From: a virus
Lineage: Duplodnaviria; Caudoviricetes
Length of the DNA stretch: 52,262 nt
Reading direction: 5' to 3' (one strand)
IMG/VR virus record: IMGVR_UViG_3300038372_000007
Location: 1-52,262 of that record
The position numbers were made by a program, and so were the translations under genes. Shown one piece after another: positions 36,001 to 43,493 of this stretch. Each line of letters begins with the position of its first letter. Position 1 is the first letter of the stretch. A model generated the notes under the pieces. The model did no database searches. It was not told the DNA's origin and worked only from the letters and a program-made list of their open reading frames with translations.

Positions 36001-37888
36001 CGACCTCGAACTTCGGGCGGCCTTCGAGGAGGTTATCCTGCGTCCAGAAGGCGAAGGCGGACTTGTTCCACCAGGAGCGGTGAGAGGGATGAGCGAATGC
36101 ACCCTCGCCCTTCGTGCTCGGCACCTCGAACACGAACCGCCCTCCCGGCTTGAGCACCCGGTGGACCTCCGCCATGATGCGCTCCTTGTCCGAGAGGTGC
36201 TCCAGGACGTGATTGGCGCGGACCTCGCTGGCGGAGGCGTCGGGGAGAGGAATCCCGGATTCCAGGTCCGCTACCTTGTCGACCTTCGGGCCGGGGATCT
36301 TGTCGATACCCAGATAACCATCGGGCCGGGAATCGCGACAGCCCAGATCGACCCGAAGGGCTTCTGCCTTGGCAACCCGCGCTGGCTTGAAGTTCATCAC
36401 CAGGAGTTCGTGGCCTGTCCTCCAATGTCGCGATGCTGGCATCCCCGGGCCCGTCGCAGTGCGAGGCACTTCCACTTCCTTGATCGTCCACGCCTTCGAT
36501 GCCTCGACCAGGTCTAGCGATCCCTTGTTGCAGGACAGGATGAACTTGCCCCTCACGGAGGCGAGCACCTTGACCAGTTTCTGAAAGTGCTCGGTCTCAT
36601 CCTTGTCCCCAGGGTAATCCACGGTGTCGCCCGCCGGATAAGGCGGGTCGAGGTAGAAGAGCGTCGACGGCGCATCGTGCTCCTTGATGACCGATAGCGC
36701 GTCCATGTTGAGCAGGGCCACGTCTTTGAGACGTTCCTGCAGTTTCTGTAACCGCTCGATGGAGACGTTGGCGACATCGCCGATGCCGCGGGCATGTATG
36801 AAGTTCCCTGCCTTGGCGTGTGCGCCCTGAAATCCAAACCGCGAGATGTACCACACACGGTAAGCGTGGTCTGCTAACCCCTGGGGATGCGAGTTGGCGA
36901 GCCGGTCGAACCGTTCTTCATTCGCTTCCCAGTTCCGCCCCGCAAAGGCGGTCAACTCTTCATCAGAGGCGCCCTTGATGAACCTGTAGACGCTCATGAT
37001 CCCGGCGTCGCTGTCGTTCAGGACTTCCTTGGGGGACGGCTCCTTTGCCCAGAAGACCTTCGCCCCGCCTGCGTAAGGCTCGACATAGGCGGTGTGCTCC
37101 GGGAATAACGCAATAATCTCGTCCGCGATCCTGGACTTGCCGCCCACGACGTGGATCGGCCCGAGCAGGCCGCCCTCCTTGACCACCTGCCGCTTCGGGT
37201 CCTCGCGCCTGAGCACCAGACTATAGCAGGGCACGAAGTCAGCGTGGCTCCCCTGCGGCGAGTCGATGAAGTGCAGGGTCCCCTTCTTCTCCGGGTCCAG
37301 CACCTTCCTCACCGGCAGCCATACGTTGTCCGACTGGATCAGGAAGTGCTCGCCGCCGCCGTCGCGGTTGGCGCGGATCAGCACGTCTATGTCGTTCGGC
37401 TTCTCCTTGCTCACGGCGGAGCCTACCACGGAGACGAAATTGGGCACGACCACGACCTCCGCAGGCAGGTTTGCAAGCTTCGCCTCGATGCTCTGGGCCT
37501 TCTTCACGCCCTGCAGCTTGCGGGCTTCCTGGACGAGGTCGGAGGACTCGTCGTAGTGGATTCCCCGACGTTCCAGTTCTTCCAGCGCGAACAGGGCGGC
37601 GTTGACCACGCCCTCGACCGGGTCTCCCCGCTTCTTGGCCGCGCCGTACCACTGATGCAGCCTAAGCCAGGCCATCCGCACATCATCCTCCGGCGCGTCC
37701 TTGAGCTTCTCCGGCCGGATGTCAGCGAGCGCCATCTTCTCCAGGAACGATGGCTCCTCAGGCTCGCGCCAGCGGGCCTTGCCGCCGGCCGAGGGCAGGG
37801 CGAGCTTGTGCAACTCCGTCATCAGCCACGACGGGAGATACTTCTTGGCGCTATTGAGAAGTGCTTCGAGGTACTCGGTCGTGGGCAC
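33056..37888 (-). CDS. ~1610-aa polyprotein: NTase-like + Dam methylase + class I SAM MTase + ATP-dependent DNA ligase + UDG + LigD-type phosphoesterase + XkdF-like prohead protease
   Basis: Motifs in order: VVGS..DIDV; GGKS/EPYAGG/DPPY; DLGC/HVLEH/VLKPGG; EPKLNG/EGLVAK/WSKLK; GASPG/PFVG/TNTV/HPS; HHH/HGDLRFE/DRG; VYGVVLEP/VESY/GFSVGG. GTG start after GGAGG overlaps the MuF stop. Confidence 0.88.
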   Translation of the reverse strand: MPTTEYLEALLNSAKKYLPSWLMTELHKLALPSAGGKARWREPEEPSFLEKMALADIRPEKLKDAPEDDVRMAWLRLHQWYGAAKKRGDPVEGVVNAALFALEELERRGIHYDESSDLVQEARKLQGVKKAQSIEAKLANLPAEVVVVPNFVSVVGSAVSKEKPNDIDVLIRANRDGGGEHFLIQSDNVWLPVRKVLDPEKKGTLHFIDSPQGSHADFVPCYSLVLRREDPKRQVVKEGGLLGPIHVVGGKSRIADEIIALFPEHTAYVEPYAGGAKVFWAKEPSPKEVLNDSDAGIMSVYRFIKGASDEELTAFAGRNWEANEERFDRLANSHPQGLADHAYRVWYISRFGFQGAHAKAGNFIHARGIGDVANVSIERLQKLQERLKDVALLNMDALSVIKEHDAPSTLFYLDPPYPAGDTVDYPGDKDETEHFQKLVKVLASVRGKFILSCNKGSLDLVEASKAWTIKEVEVPRTATGPGMPASRHWRTGHELLVMNFKPARVAKAEALRVDLGCRDSRPDGYLGIDKIPGPKVDKVADLESGIPLPDASASEVRANHVLEHLSDKERIMAEVHRVLKPGGRFVFEVPSTKGEGAFAHPSHRSWWNKSAFAFWTQDNLLEGRPKFEVEKLEEIENGDLVYVRGILRKPEGVSKAALEPFDRFVPPKPQVALYTELYTVDELWEKWAKDKGKADVEPKLNGFRSLAIRKASRVELWFEGQMGKDQLGKFPGLKAALEKVDSDFILDCDIGILRGGKREPRPDLMRFNADKPEFAEDETPVLTAFDLPYWQEDLHDKPFEERRESLEEFDKKHLKGKTGFGITEVRWVETLPELKVAARWAFSQDRSEGLVAKTASGKYELDGVTDSWSKLKKICELKVKVLEVQQTKTPGTVNYYCGLLPSVGMDWKNTRKVGDKEYIDLGKTFSTSQVKAQVSDVITVEILELLPDEEKKHLAWLGARPVDVDDTRKEPYTAAQAIDVAERGQVLQKSVGEIVPGAGPKDARIMFVGASPGATEAARGEPFVGPAGAVLNESYLTPLGLSRKDVFLTNTVPLYLTDEKGNVREPTPAEVEEWKPWLARQLDEVQPGIVVALGQTAKAALGDRADFTLPHPSAIRRFGDSGELARKLKQIGRALEEVKKADPKAMVEEAYASTMRDSGENVERHSTREVASESGRSIWRINDGWGERYYLVESGKARWIAVKMPDVGAFNCEPPLDKVLGKAQVKELGWSDDAWDRALARWLKTGTIEKADDEGETTAEAAAKFWADNWFRMFPPDGKGRYTYHHHFRGLSEDESKLDEKELLDTSHSLHGDLRFEADGKLWGFSVFLGTTQDNRRAGGDRLTTLPQDDNLQGQFKLAQPSAWLDVGVGKPMVTEPGGVGATSEKYSKFFAYDRGAYEMGCWREHMFEVFLHGEKLKGRFLVEFAPIGGRRVWLIDKPTSQTPYAKAHDLADVTSELRGKGQRHLIWRDPEEGGKPRLIDVTSARVAKEYFAQILKADDEKQLVYGVVLEPETVDTQGDVISADEIEKAAHRFLVKSRVISDRHSKKADAEVVESYVAPDAFEMGGQKVKKGSWVLGVHVSDSKLWSAIKQGEYQGFSVGGFGVREAVA

Positions 37889-38790
37889 TAGTCTCGCCTC
37901 CGCGAAAGACCTGCTGCGCACCGGCATCCTGGATGAGCCGGGGGACCTGTAAGCCCTCCTGGAAAGACTCCGCCGATGGGAGCCCGCTCGCCGTCCAGGT
38001 CGAGGCACTCCTGGCACGCTCTGTCGTCCGGCGTGGTTATCCACTCCATCTCGAACTCGTCGGGGTCGATGAGGCCGGCATCCACCGCCTGCTGCCAGCT
38101 TTCTTGCTGACCGGCGTTGGCTGCAGAGATGGTTTCCGTCCGTCCGATGAGTTCCGCCCTGTCTCTCAGCAACCGCCCCGCGTACCTCTCCGCCTGCCAG
38201 TCCGCCCGTTCCTGGGTGATGCCCGCCTCCAACTGCCGCGCCTTGAGGTTCTCGACCGCACGGCTCTGCCTTTCGGTGAGGCCGATGTGGCCCTGGATCA
38301 TCTTCGCCTGCTGGTAGGGATGGCCGCCCTGCTCGAAGGCCCGCTGCACGATATCCTTCACGGCGGCTATCGTCTCGTCGCTGACCTGCCTGATGAGCTC
38401 TCCAGTGTGCTGGGTGACGAAGCTGACCGCCCTCGGGTTCAGCACGTCGAAGGTGAGGCTCACCTTGAACTGCCGCTCCATCCTGGCGGCTACCGACGTG
38501 CCGACCGCAGCCACCAGACCCTGGAGGATGTTCTGGACCTTGACCGCGTCCATGCCGAAGTCCTGGACGCCGACTATCGCCTGGGCCTTGACAAGGTCAC
38601 GGGCCTGCAGGGCGTCCGCCAACTCACTGACAGCGACCCTGCCCTTCGCCCGCTCGACCGACTCCAGGAACTCCTGTTGCAGAGGCTCCAGCCTGGCGTC
38701 CGCCAGCCGGTGTATCAGCCGCCACTCCGGTTCCTGGGCCTGGGCCGCGGCCTTCTTGATGTTGACCGGCGCAGGCCTCACGACGAACAT
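37888..38790 (-). CDS. MuF / SPP1 gp7-like minor head protein
   Basis: RAELIGRTE, WITTPDDRACQEC and PPAHPGCRC. Confidence 0.9.
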   Translation of the reverse strand: MFVVRPAPVNIKKAAAQAQEPEWRLIHRLADARLEPLQQEFLESVERAKGRVAVSELADALQARDLVKAQAIVGVQDFGMDAVKVQNILQGLVAAVGTSVAARMERQFKVSLTFDVLNPRAVSFVTQHTGELIRQVSDETIAAVKDIVQRAFEQGGHPYQQAKMIQGHIGLTERQSRAVENLKARQLEAGITQERADWQAERYAGRLLRDRAELIGRTETISAANAGQQESWQQAVDAGLIDPDEFEMEWITTPDDRACQECLDLDGERAPIGGVFPGGLTGPPAHPGCRCAAGLSRRRD

Positions 38791-40073
38791 CAGTCCTCAG
38801 TCCCCTTGGCCGGCATGTGCGCGACCTGGCGGATGTACTTCTCCAGCGTCTCGTCGGGGAAGAGCGGCGCACCGGCCAGCGCCATCTGCGCGAGGAAGGC
38901 ACCGAGCTCGGCCAAGTCGACGTCTTCGAGGTCCCCGTGGGCCAAAACCGGGTATTCCTTGACCTTGAAGCTGTTGAGTTTGAAGAGCCTCGGTATGGCG
39001 TCCGTGTTGAACACGTCCTGGACCTCGTCCAGGAACGCGCCGATGGCGACGGCGAAGAGGTGGGTCTTGCTGGATGCCAGGGCGAAGCTCCCCACCTTCT
39101 GGCTGCCGAGCAAGATGAAGTCAGCCAAACAGGTGGCCGCGATCTGCGTGTTGTAGCGGTTGATCACCGTGTCCGTCGCGAACTGCCTCGTGCCGCCGGT
39201 CGAGAGGAGGGTCAAGTCGTAAGTCTTGTTCCCGCTCGCGTCGTAGACCAGCGGCATCAGTATGCCTTCCTGCTCGTCGCGCCGGATGCTCGTGGCGAGG
39301 GTCTTGTAGGCGTCCCGGACCGTGACCTCGGCGGCGGTGGTCGGGTTGGCGACGTTAGACGGCACCCAGACGACGGGCAGGCCCGCCAGGTCGCGCTCGA
39401 CGCCGATACCCTCGATGACCTCTATATTTTTCTTAAAATACCATGATCTGTAAGAATTGCGTAAAATCGAGCGCCCCTCGGGATTCCCCTTCGTCGTCTC
39501 GGTGCGGAAGAGCAGCGCCTTCTCGATGGGGATCGTCCTCAGCTTGTAGTCCGGCGGGGCGCTCTGCGTCATGGCCGTGAGATCGCCGGCATCGTTGAAT
39601 ACCCACTCCAGGAGGGAGGTCTGAGCCCGGATGGGAATCTTGCGCCAGCCGATGCGTCCGTCGTCGTACTTGCTCCGCTTCGTCGGGTCTGTGGAGTCCC
39701 CGCCACGGCGCTTGTAGACCAACTCACAGAAGGCCCAGCCGTACACCAGCATGGACAGGGCTTCGCTGATCACGTCCTGCCAGGACTCCGACATGTCGCC
39801 ACGACATGACTCCAGGAACTGGGCCGCGTCCCTGGCCTCCGCCGATTCGTCTGCCGGGTCCACGCGCCAGTCCACCTGCCGGCAGAGCATGCGAATGGCG
39901 AATAGGACGGCGCCGATTATGGGGTCGTTGTCGGACATCTCCCGGTAGACCGTGGCCGCCTTGGTCCCGGCCAGTTCGGTGAGCCATTCCTCGGAGATGT
40001 AGCCGCCCCACCTATTTAAGCCGGTGCTGCCTAATTCCACCAGGGGCTTGAACTTCACCTGCTCTTCGGCCAA
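38790..40073 (-). CDS. Portal protein (Mu gp29/DUF935-like)
   Basis: Follows TerL. GNPEGRSILR, IGVERDLAGLP and GSFALA. Confidence 0.88.
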   Translation of the reverse strand: MAEEQVKFKPLVELGSTGLNRWGGYISEEWLTELAGTKAATVYREMSDNDPIIGAVLFAIRMLCRQVDWRVDPADESAEARDAAQFLESCRGDMSESWQDVISEALSMLVYGWAFCELVYKRRGGDSTDPTKRSKYDDGRIGWRKIPIRAQTSLLEWVFNDAGDLTAMTQSAPPDYKLRTIPIEKALLFRTETTKGNPEGRSILRNSYRSWYFKKNIEVIEGIGVERDLAGLPVVWVPSNVANPTTAAEVTVRDAYKTLATSIRRDEQEGILMPLVYDASGNKTYDLTLLSTGGTRQFATDTVINRYNTQIAATCLADFILLGSQKVGSFALASSKTHLFAVAIGAFLDEVQDVFNTDAIPRLFKLNSFKVKEYPVLAHGDLEDVDLAELGAFLAQMALAGAPLFPDETLEKYIRQVAHMPAKGTED

Positions 40074-40076
40074 TGG

Positions 40077-41453
40077 TCAACGCCCCTTCCACTTGCTGCG
40101 GGACTCAAGAGTGACGGGTAACACCAAGGGCGCGGCCGGCGAGCGGATATACGAATACACCGCATACCTCGTCGCGTCCATGCCGTGGTCGTTCACCTTG
40201 GCGGGTTGCTCCTTGGCGCTCCGGCCCTCGGCGGCCGGCAACCAGGCGTACCCCTGGATCTCGTCCTCCGTGCAGGTCGGCTTGCCCTCGGCCTCCAGCG
40301 TGGTGTCCTTCTCGACCGAGCCGTCAGCGATGAAGTACAATCGCGGCCGGCCCCGCACCTCGTCCACCTGCAGGAGCGAGTACACGGACTGGATGCCTGG
40401 GCTGACATCCTTGACCGCCGCGACCGTGGGCACCCCGTGCCTCTCCAACGTAGCGCGGTCCTCCGCATCGTGGTCAGCGTATGTCGCGAGTACCCTCTCG
40501 CCGACGCTGAGGCGCACGATGTCTTTCGCCAGGTCCTCGACCAGCCTCCGCGTCCGACATATCTCCCGGTAGCGGAACCAGTCGCCGTCCGGGGATATGG
40601 CCCACCACTGGCAGACGAAGGGGTTCGCGTACCCGAAGTCCACGCTCCGAACCCGCGTCCAGTCCGCGGGAATCCGCTTGTACCCCGTCAGATCCTCGAA
40701 CTGCCCCCAGGTGATGAGGTGGGTCAGCGGGTCGTAAACGTCGTAGACCAGGCCCTCGAAGCCGACCCACTTGCCCAGGACGAAGCGGTCGCGGTAGCGG
40801 CCCTTGAAGCCGTCGAGCCTGACCCGGTAGTCCTCTGGATTGCAGGTGTTCTCCAGCGCGTTAGCCTCGACCACCTCGCCCAACCGCTCCTCGAAGAAAT
40901 GCTTGTATGCCCAATGCTTCGGGTGCGACGGGTTGGTGGCGCTGAACGCCTGGCGGAAAGGCAGGACCTTCCCGGCGGCCAGTTTCGTCAGCCTCAGCCG
41001 GCCGAGGAGCATCGTGTAGTCGTCCTCGGTCAGCTCGATGATCTCGTCGACGCCCACGAACCCGAGTTCGAGCGAGCCCCACTTCTGCGGGTCGTCCAGA
41101 CCGCCGAAGATGAGCTGACTGCCATTGACAAGCGTGATCAAGTCCTCGGACTTGTTGTATTTCAGGATGAACTCCGGCGGGCAGGCGTCCTTGAAGAAAC
41201 TCCTGAGCGTCGTATGCGTCAGGCTCTTTCGCGTCTTGCGGAAGATGCCGCCGAAGTTGCCCGGGTACTTGAGGCTGAGGAACAGCGCCTTCTCGCAGAG
41301 GACCCGCGACTTCCCCGCGCCGAATGCCCCGGAGTACATGAGCTCAGGCGCCATCGACTCCATGAACCGCTTTTGCCCGGGGAAAGCGACGAACCTGTGA
41401 GCTGGGCGGATCACCTTACTGCGGGTCAGGGTACTTGCTCTGGTCGAAGTCAT
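40077..41453 (-). CDS. terL: Terminase large subunit
   Basis: Walker A GAFGAGKS, Walker B GVDE, ATNP, and nuclease motifs DFG and DHGMDATRY. Confidence 0.95.
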   Translation of the reverse strand: MTSTRASTLTRSKVIRPAHRFVAFPGQKRFMESMAPELMYSGAFGAGKSRVLCEKALFLSLKYPGNFGGIFRKTRKSLTHTTLRSFFKDACPPEFILKYNKSEDLITLVNGSQLIFGGLDDPQKWGSLELGFVGVDEIIELTEDDYTMLLGRLRLTKLAAGKVLPFRQAFSATNPSHPKHWAYKHFFEERLGEVVEANALENTCNPEDYRVRLDGFKGRYRDRFVLGKWVGFEGLVYDVYDPLTHLITWGQFEDLTGYKRIPADWTRVRSVDFGYANPFVCQWWAISPDGDWFRYREICRTRRLVEDLAKDIVRLSVGERVLATYADHDAEDRATLERHGVPTVAAVKDVSPGIQSVYSLLQVDEVRGRPRLYFIADGSVEKDTTLEAEGKPTCTEDEIQGYAWLPAAEGRSAKEQPAKVNDHGMDATRYAVYSYIRSPAAPLVLPVTLESRSKWKGR

Positions 41454-41853
41454 ACAGTTTCAGCGGGATAGGCCCGCCGTTAGGCCCGCTTATCTCGTGC
41501 CTCTGGGGCTCGCCGAGGAGTACCTGGGTCTTGTCGATCATCGTGCCGGCGACAATCGCTGAGTCCTTCGCCCCGGCCTTGTGGATCGTCTCGGCGTCCC
41601 GGAGGTGCTCCATGTACAGGGTCGCGATCTCCCAGGCCCGGGCCACCGCCGCGAGGCGCTGCTTCATCCGCTCGTCCTCGATCTCGTCGGGCGGCTGCTT
41701 AACGACCCAACGCTTCACGGTGGAGACTGCGGCCCTCACCGCTCTGGCGGCGGCCGACAGCGAGCCGGTCTGCACATAGACGGCCAAGGCTCGTTCCTTC
41801 GCTTCGTCGGTCCAGACCTTCCGCTTCTTTGCCTTCCCGGCCACGGCCGTCAC
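41416..41853 (-). CDS. terS: Terminase small subunit
   Basis: N-terminal HTH and C-terminal EISGPNGGPI. Upstream of TerL. Confidence 0.75.
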   Translation of the reverse strand: MTAVAGKAKKRKVWTDEAKERALAVYVQTGSLSAAARAVRAAVSTVKRWVVKQPPDEIEDERMKQRLAAVARAWEIATLYMEHLRDAETIHKAGAKDSAIVAGTMIDKTQVLLGEPQRHEISGPNGGPIPLKLYDFDQSKYPDPQ

Positions 41854-41859
41854 CCTCCC

Positions 41860-42216
41860 TTACTCGGGATCGCGCCCCGAAACTATGGGCCCCAGGTCTG
41901 ACGAAACGCGCTCAATCTGCACTTCTTCCTTGGGCCACAGATCGGTTGCCCAGTCCCGGATGTTCTGCGAGAACTCCTGATAGACGAACATGGCTTTGGC
42001 GTTGTTCGTGTCGAAGATCAGTCGGGAGACAGCCTCCTGGGGATCGCAGCCATGCCGAGCAGCGTCGGTCTTACTGACGTACCCCTGGCAGGTCTTATCG
42101 ACCCTCTCTGCCGTGCAGATGCATGACCACGACATGATGCTGACCTCGCCGCAGGTGCGGGGGCTGGCGCGCCCCTCAATACGGAAGCCGTTGTTGTACA
42201 GGCCGATGCGTATCAC
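41860..42216 (-). CDS. Hypothetical protein, possibly Prp cysteine-protease-like
   Basis: IRIGL..GFRIEGRA...TCGEVS resembles the Prp pattern GHA...VCAAVS. Confidence 0.45.
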   Translation of the reverse strand: MIRIGLYNNGFRIEGRASPRTCGEVSIMSWSCICTAERVDKTCQGYVSKTDAARHGCDPQEAVSRLIFDTNNAKAMFVYQEFSQNIRDWATDLWPKEEVQIERVSSDLGPIVSGRDPE

Positions 42217-42232
42217 CCGCGCTCGCCTCCCC

Positions 42233-42265
42233 AAATGAAAGCGCCCCGGTGGTCGCCGGAGCGCC
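42233..42265 (-). terminator. Intrinsic terminator at the end of the early/middle operon
   Basis: GCGCTCCGG-loop-CCGGGGCGC followed by TTTCATTT on the minus strand. Confidence 0.65.
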
Positions 42266-42291
42266 GTTATGTCCTCGATTACGTCCGCCTG

Positions 42292-42579
42292 CTACTTGGG
42301 TTTCTCGGACTCCTCCTCGTTCGGCTGCTGGAACACGTGATACCCGTGCTTGCCTATCGTCTCGTAGTGATACCTGCAGGAACAGGTTAGGTCTATACCG
42401 TGAGCCACCAGAATCCCCGCCAGCGAGACCCGTATATCCAAAAGGTCCGCATCCGACACCAGAACTTGCGTCATCAGCGGATCGCTGCGGTCTCTGACGA
42501 TAGCGACGTTTGGCTGAGCGGTCGACACGGACTGAACTCCTTCTTGGGGCAAGTCCTTCCCCACCCAGCACCATATCAC
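42292..42579 (-). CDS. Hypothetical protein
   Basis: GTG after AAGGTG. Fills the gap before the terminator. Confidence 0.5.
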   Translation of the reverse strand: MIWCWVGKDLPQEGVQSVSTAQPNVAIVRDRSDPLMTQVLVSDADLLDIRVSLAGILVAHGIDLTCSCRYHYETIGKHGYHVFQQPNEEESEKPK

Positions 42580-42599
42580 GTCACCTTGCGGTTTCCCTT

Positions 42600-43031
42600 C
42601 TAGGTGCCTCGAATTCGCAACCAAAACACCGAAAATATACCTTGGGGTACGAGTGCCAAATACCCTGCTACAACCGCGCGAACAACCTTGAGGTTTTTGT
42701 CCACAACCCCCTCCGAGAGGTCGGACTGTGTTACCTGCTCCTTGTAGGTCCATCCCCAGCGGTATTTTCGCCGCGCCAGCTTGCGGAGTTCAGGGGTCAG
42801 CGCGTCCCATCCACGCTTCACCGCATCGAGGACCATCGTGATCTCGGCCCGGTCTATCGCCAGCCGCTCGACCAGGCTGCCGTGACTTACGCCGCGGGAT
42901 GGGATCGTTATGAGCCCGCTAGTCCGGGTACCGAGGTTCTCCACCTCGCGGCGCAGGTCGCGGTAGTTGTAGAGTAGGTAGTCTATGGCTTTCACCGGCA
43001 GGTCGTAAGGCAACCGGGACACCTCCTCCAC
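42600..43031 (-). CDS. RinA/ArpU-like late transcriptional activator
   Basis: YLLYNY...VERLAI...LTPELRKLARRKY with a C-terminal HTH. Upstream of the packaging genes. Confidence 0.7.
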   Translation of the reverse strand: MEEVSRLPYDLPVKAIDYLLYNYRDLRREVENLGTRTSGLITIPSRGVSHGSLVERLAIDRAEITMVLDAVKRGWDALTPELRKLARRKYRWGWTYKEQVTQSDLSEGVVDKNLKVVRAVVAGYLALVPQGIFSVFWLRIRGT

Positions 43032-43060
43032 TCCAGATCAATCCAGTAAGGCAACATCAT

Positions 43061-43213
43061 TCACCGCGGCGGCAGAACCAACCGCCGCCTGTACCCGAGC
43101 AAGCCCTTTTCTTCCCACCTCAGCCACAGCCAGACGATGGCAAACGCCCCGGTCACGACACCCGCCGCGAACGCCAGGACCATCGGCCAGAAGCCGGGCG
43201 TGAGCCAGGTCAT
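43061..43213 (-). CDS. Small membrane protein
   Basis: Single TM helix, coupled ORF. Confidence 0.5.
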   Translation of the reverse strand: MTWLTPGFWPMVLAFAAGVVTGAFAIVWLWLRWEEKGLLGYRRRLVLPPR

Positions 43214-43350
43214 CCCCGCTTCCCCCTTTGGCCCGCCCACCATTTTCTCGCCGCTCTCACCGCGACGCCGACGAACTCCACGGCGCCGACGACGATATAA
43301 ACGACGAATATGACCGCGATTGCCCCTATCACGATGTCCCCGATTTTCAC
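43210..43350 (-). CDS. Small membrane protein
   Basis: GTG after GGAGGTG, with a hydrophobic helix. Confidence 0.5.
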   Translation of the reverse strand: MKIGDIVIGAIAVIFVVYIVVGAVEFVGVAVRAARKWWAGQRGKRG

Positions 43351-43493
43351 GCCAGCACCTCCCCTACCACGAGCAGGATCACCGCGACCACGATCCCCTG
43401 GATCCACCAGAAGGGATCCCGGCCCGAGGTTTCGTACTCGTGGCCCTTCACGCCGGCGAACATGCCGGCAAGGAGGCAGAGGGCGGGGATCAT
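43347..43493 (-). CDS. Small membrane protein (48 aa, not in the ORF track)
   Basis: MIPALCLLAGMFAG...FWWIQGIVVAVILLVVGEVLA*, coupled on both sides. Confidence 0.5.
   Translation of the reverse strand: MIPALCLLAGMFAGVKGHEYETSGRDPFWWIQGIVVAVILLVVGEVLA

Noticed and set aside
34556-36517. 653-aa plus-strand ORF (also 40185-41471, 37861-39156, 21548-22591 and similar)
   Set aside because: These are antisense shadows of well-supported minus-strand genes, expected in high-GC DNA, with no motifs.
33056-37888. Inteins as the cause of the protein's size
   Set aside because: No intein N-terminal block, HN-C/S/T ends or LAGLIDADG motifs were seen. The length is explained by enzyme domains.
37889-38044. 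Extended 5' end of the polyprotein given in the ORF track
   Set aside because: It overlaps the conserved MuF C-terminus. GTG at 37888 has a GGAGG RBS and overlaps the MuF stop.
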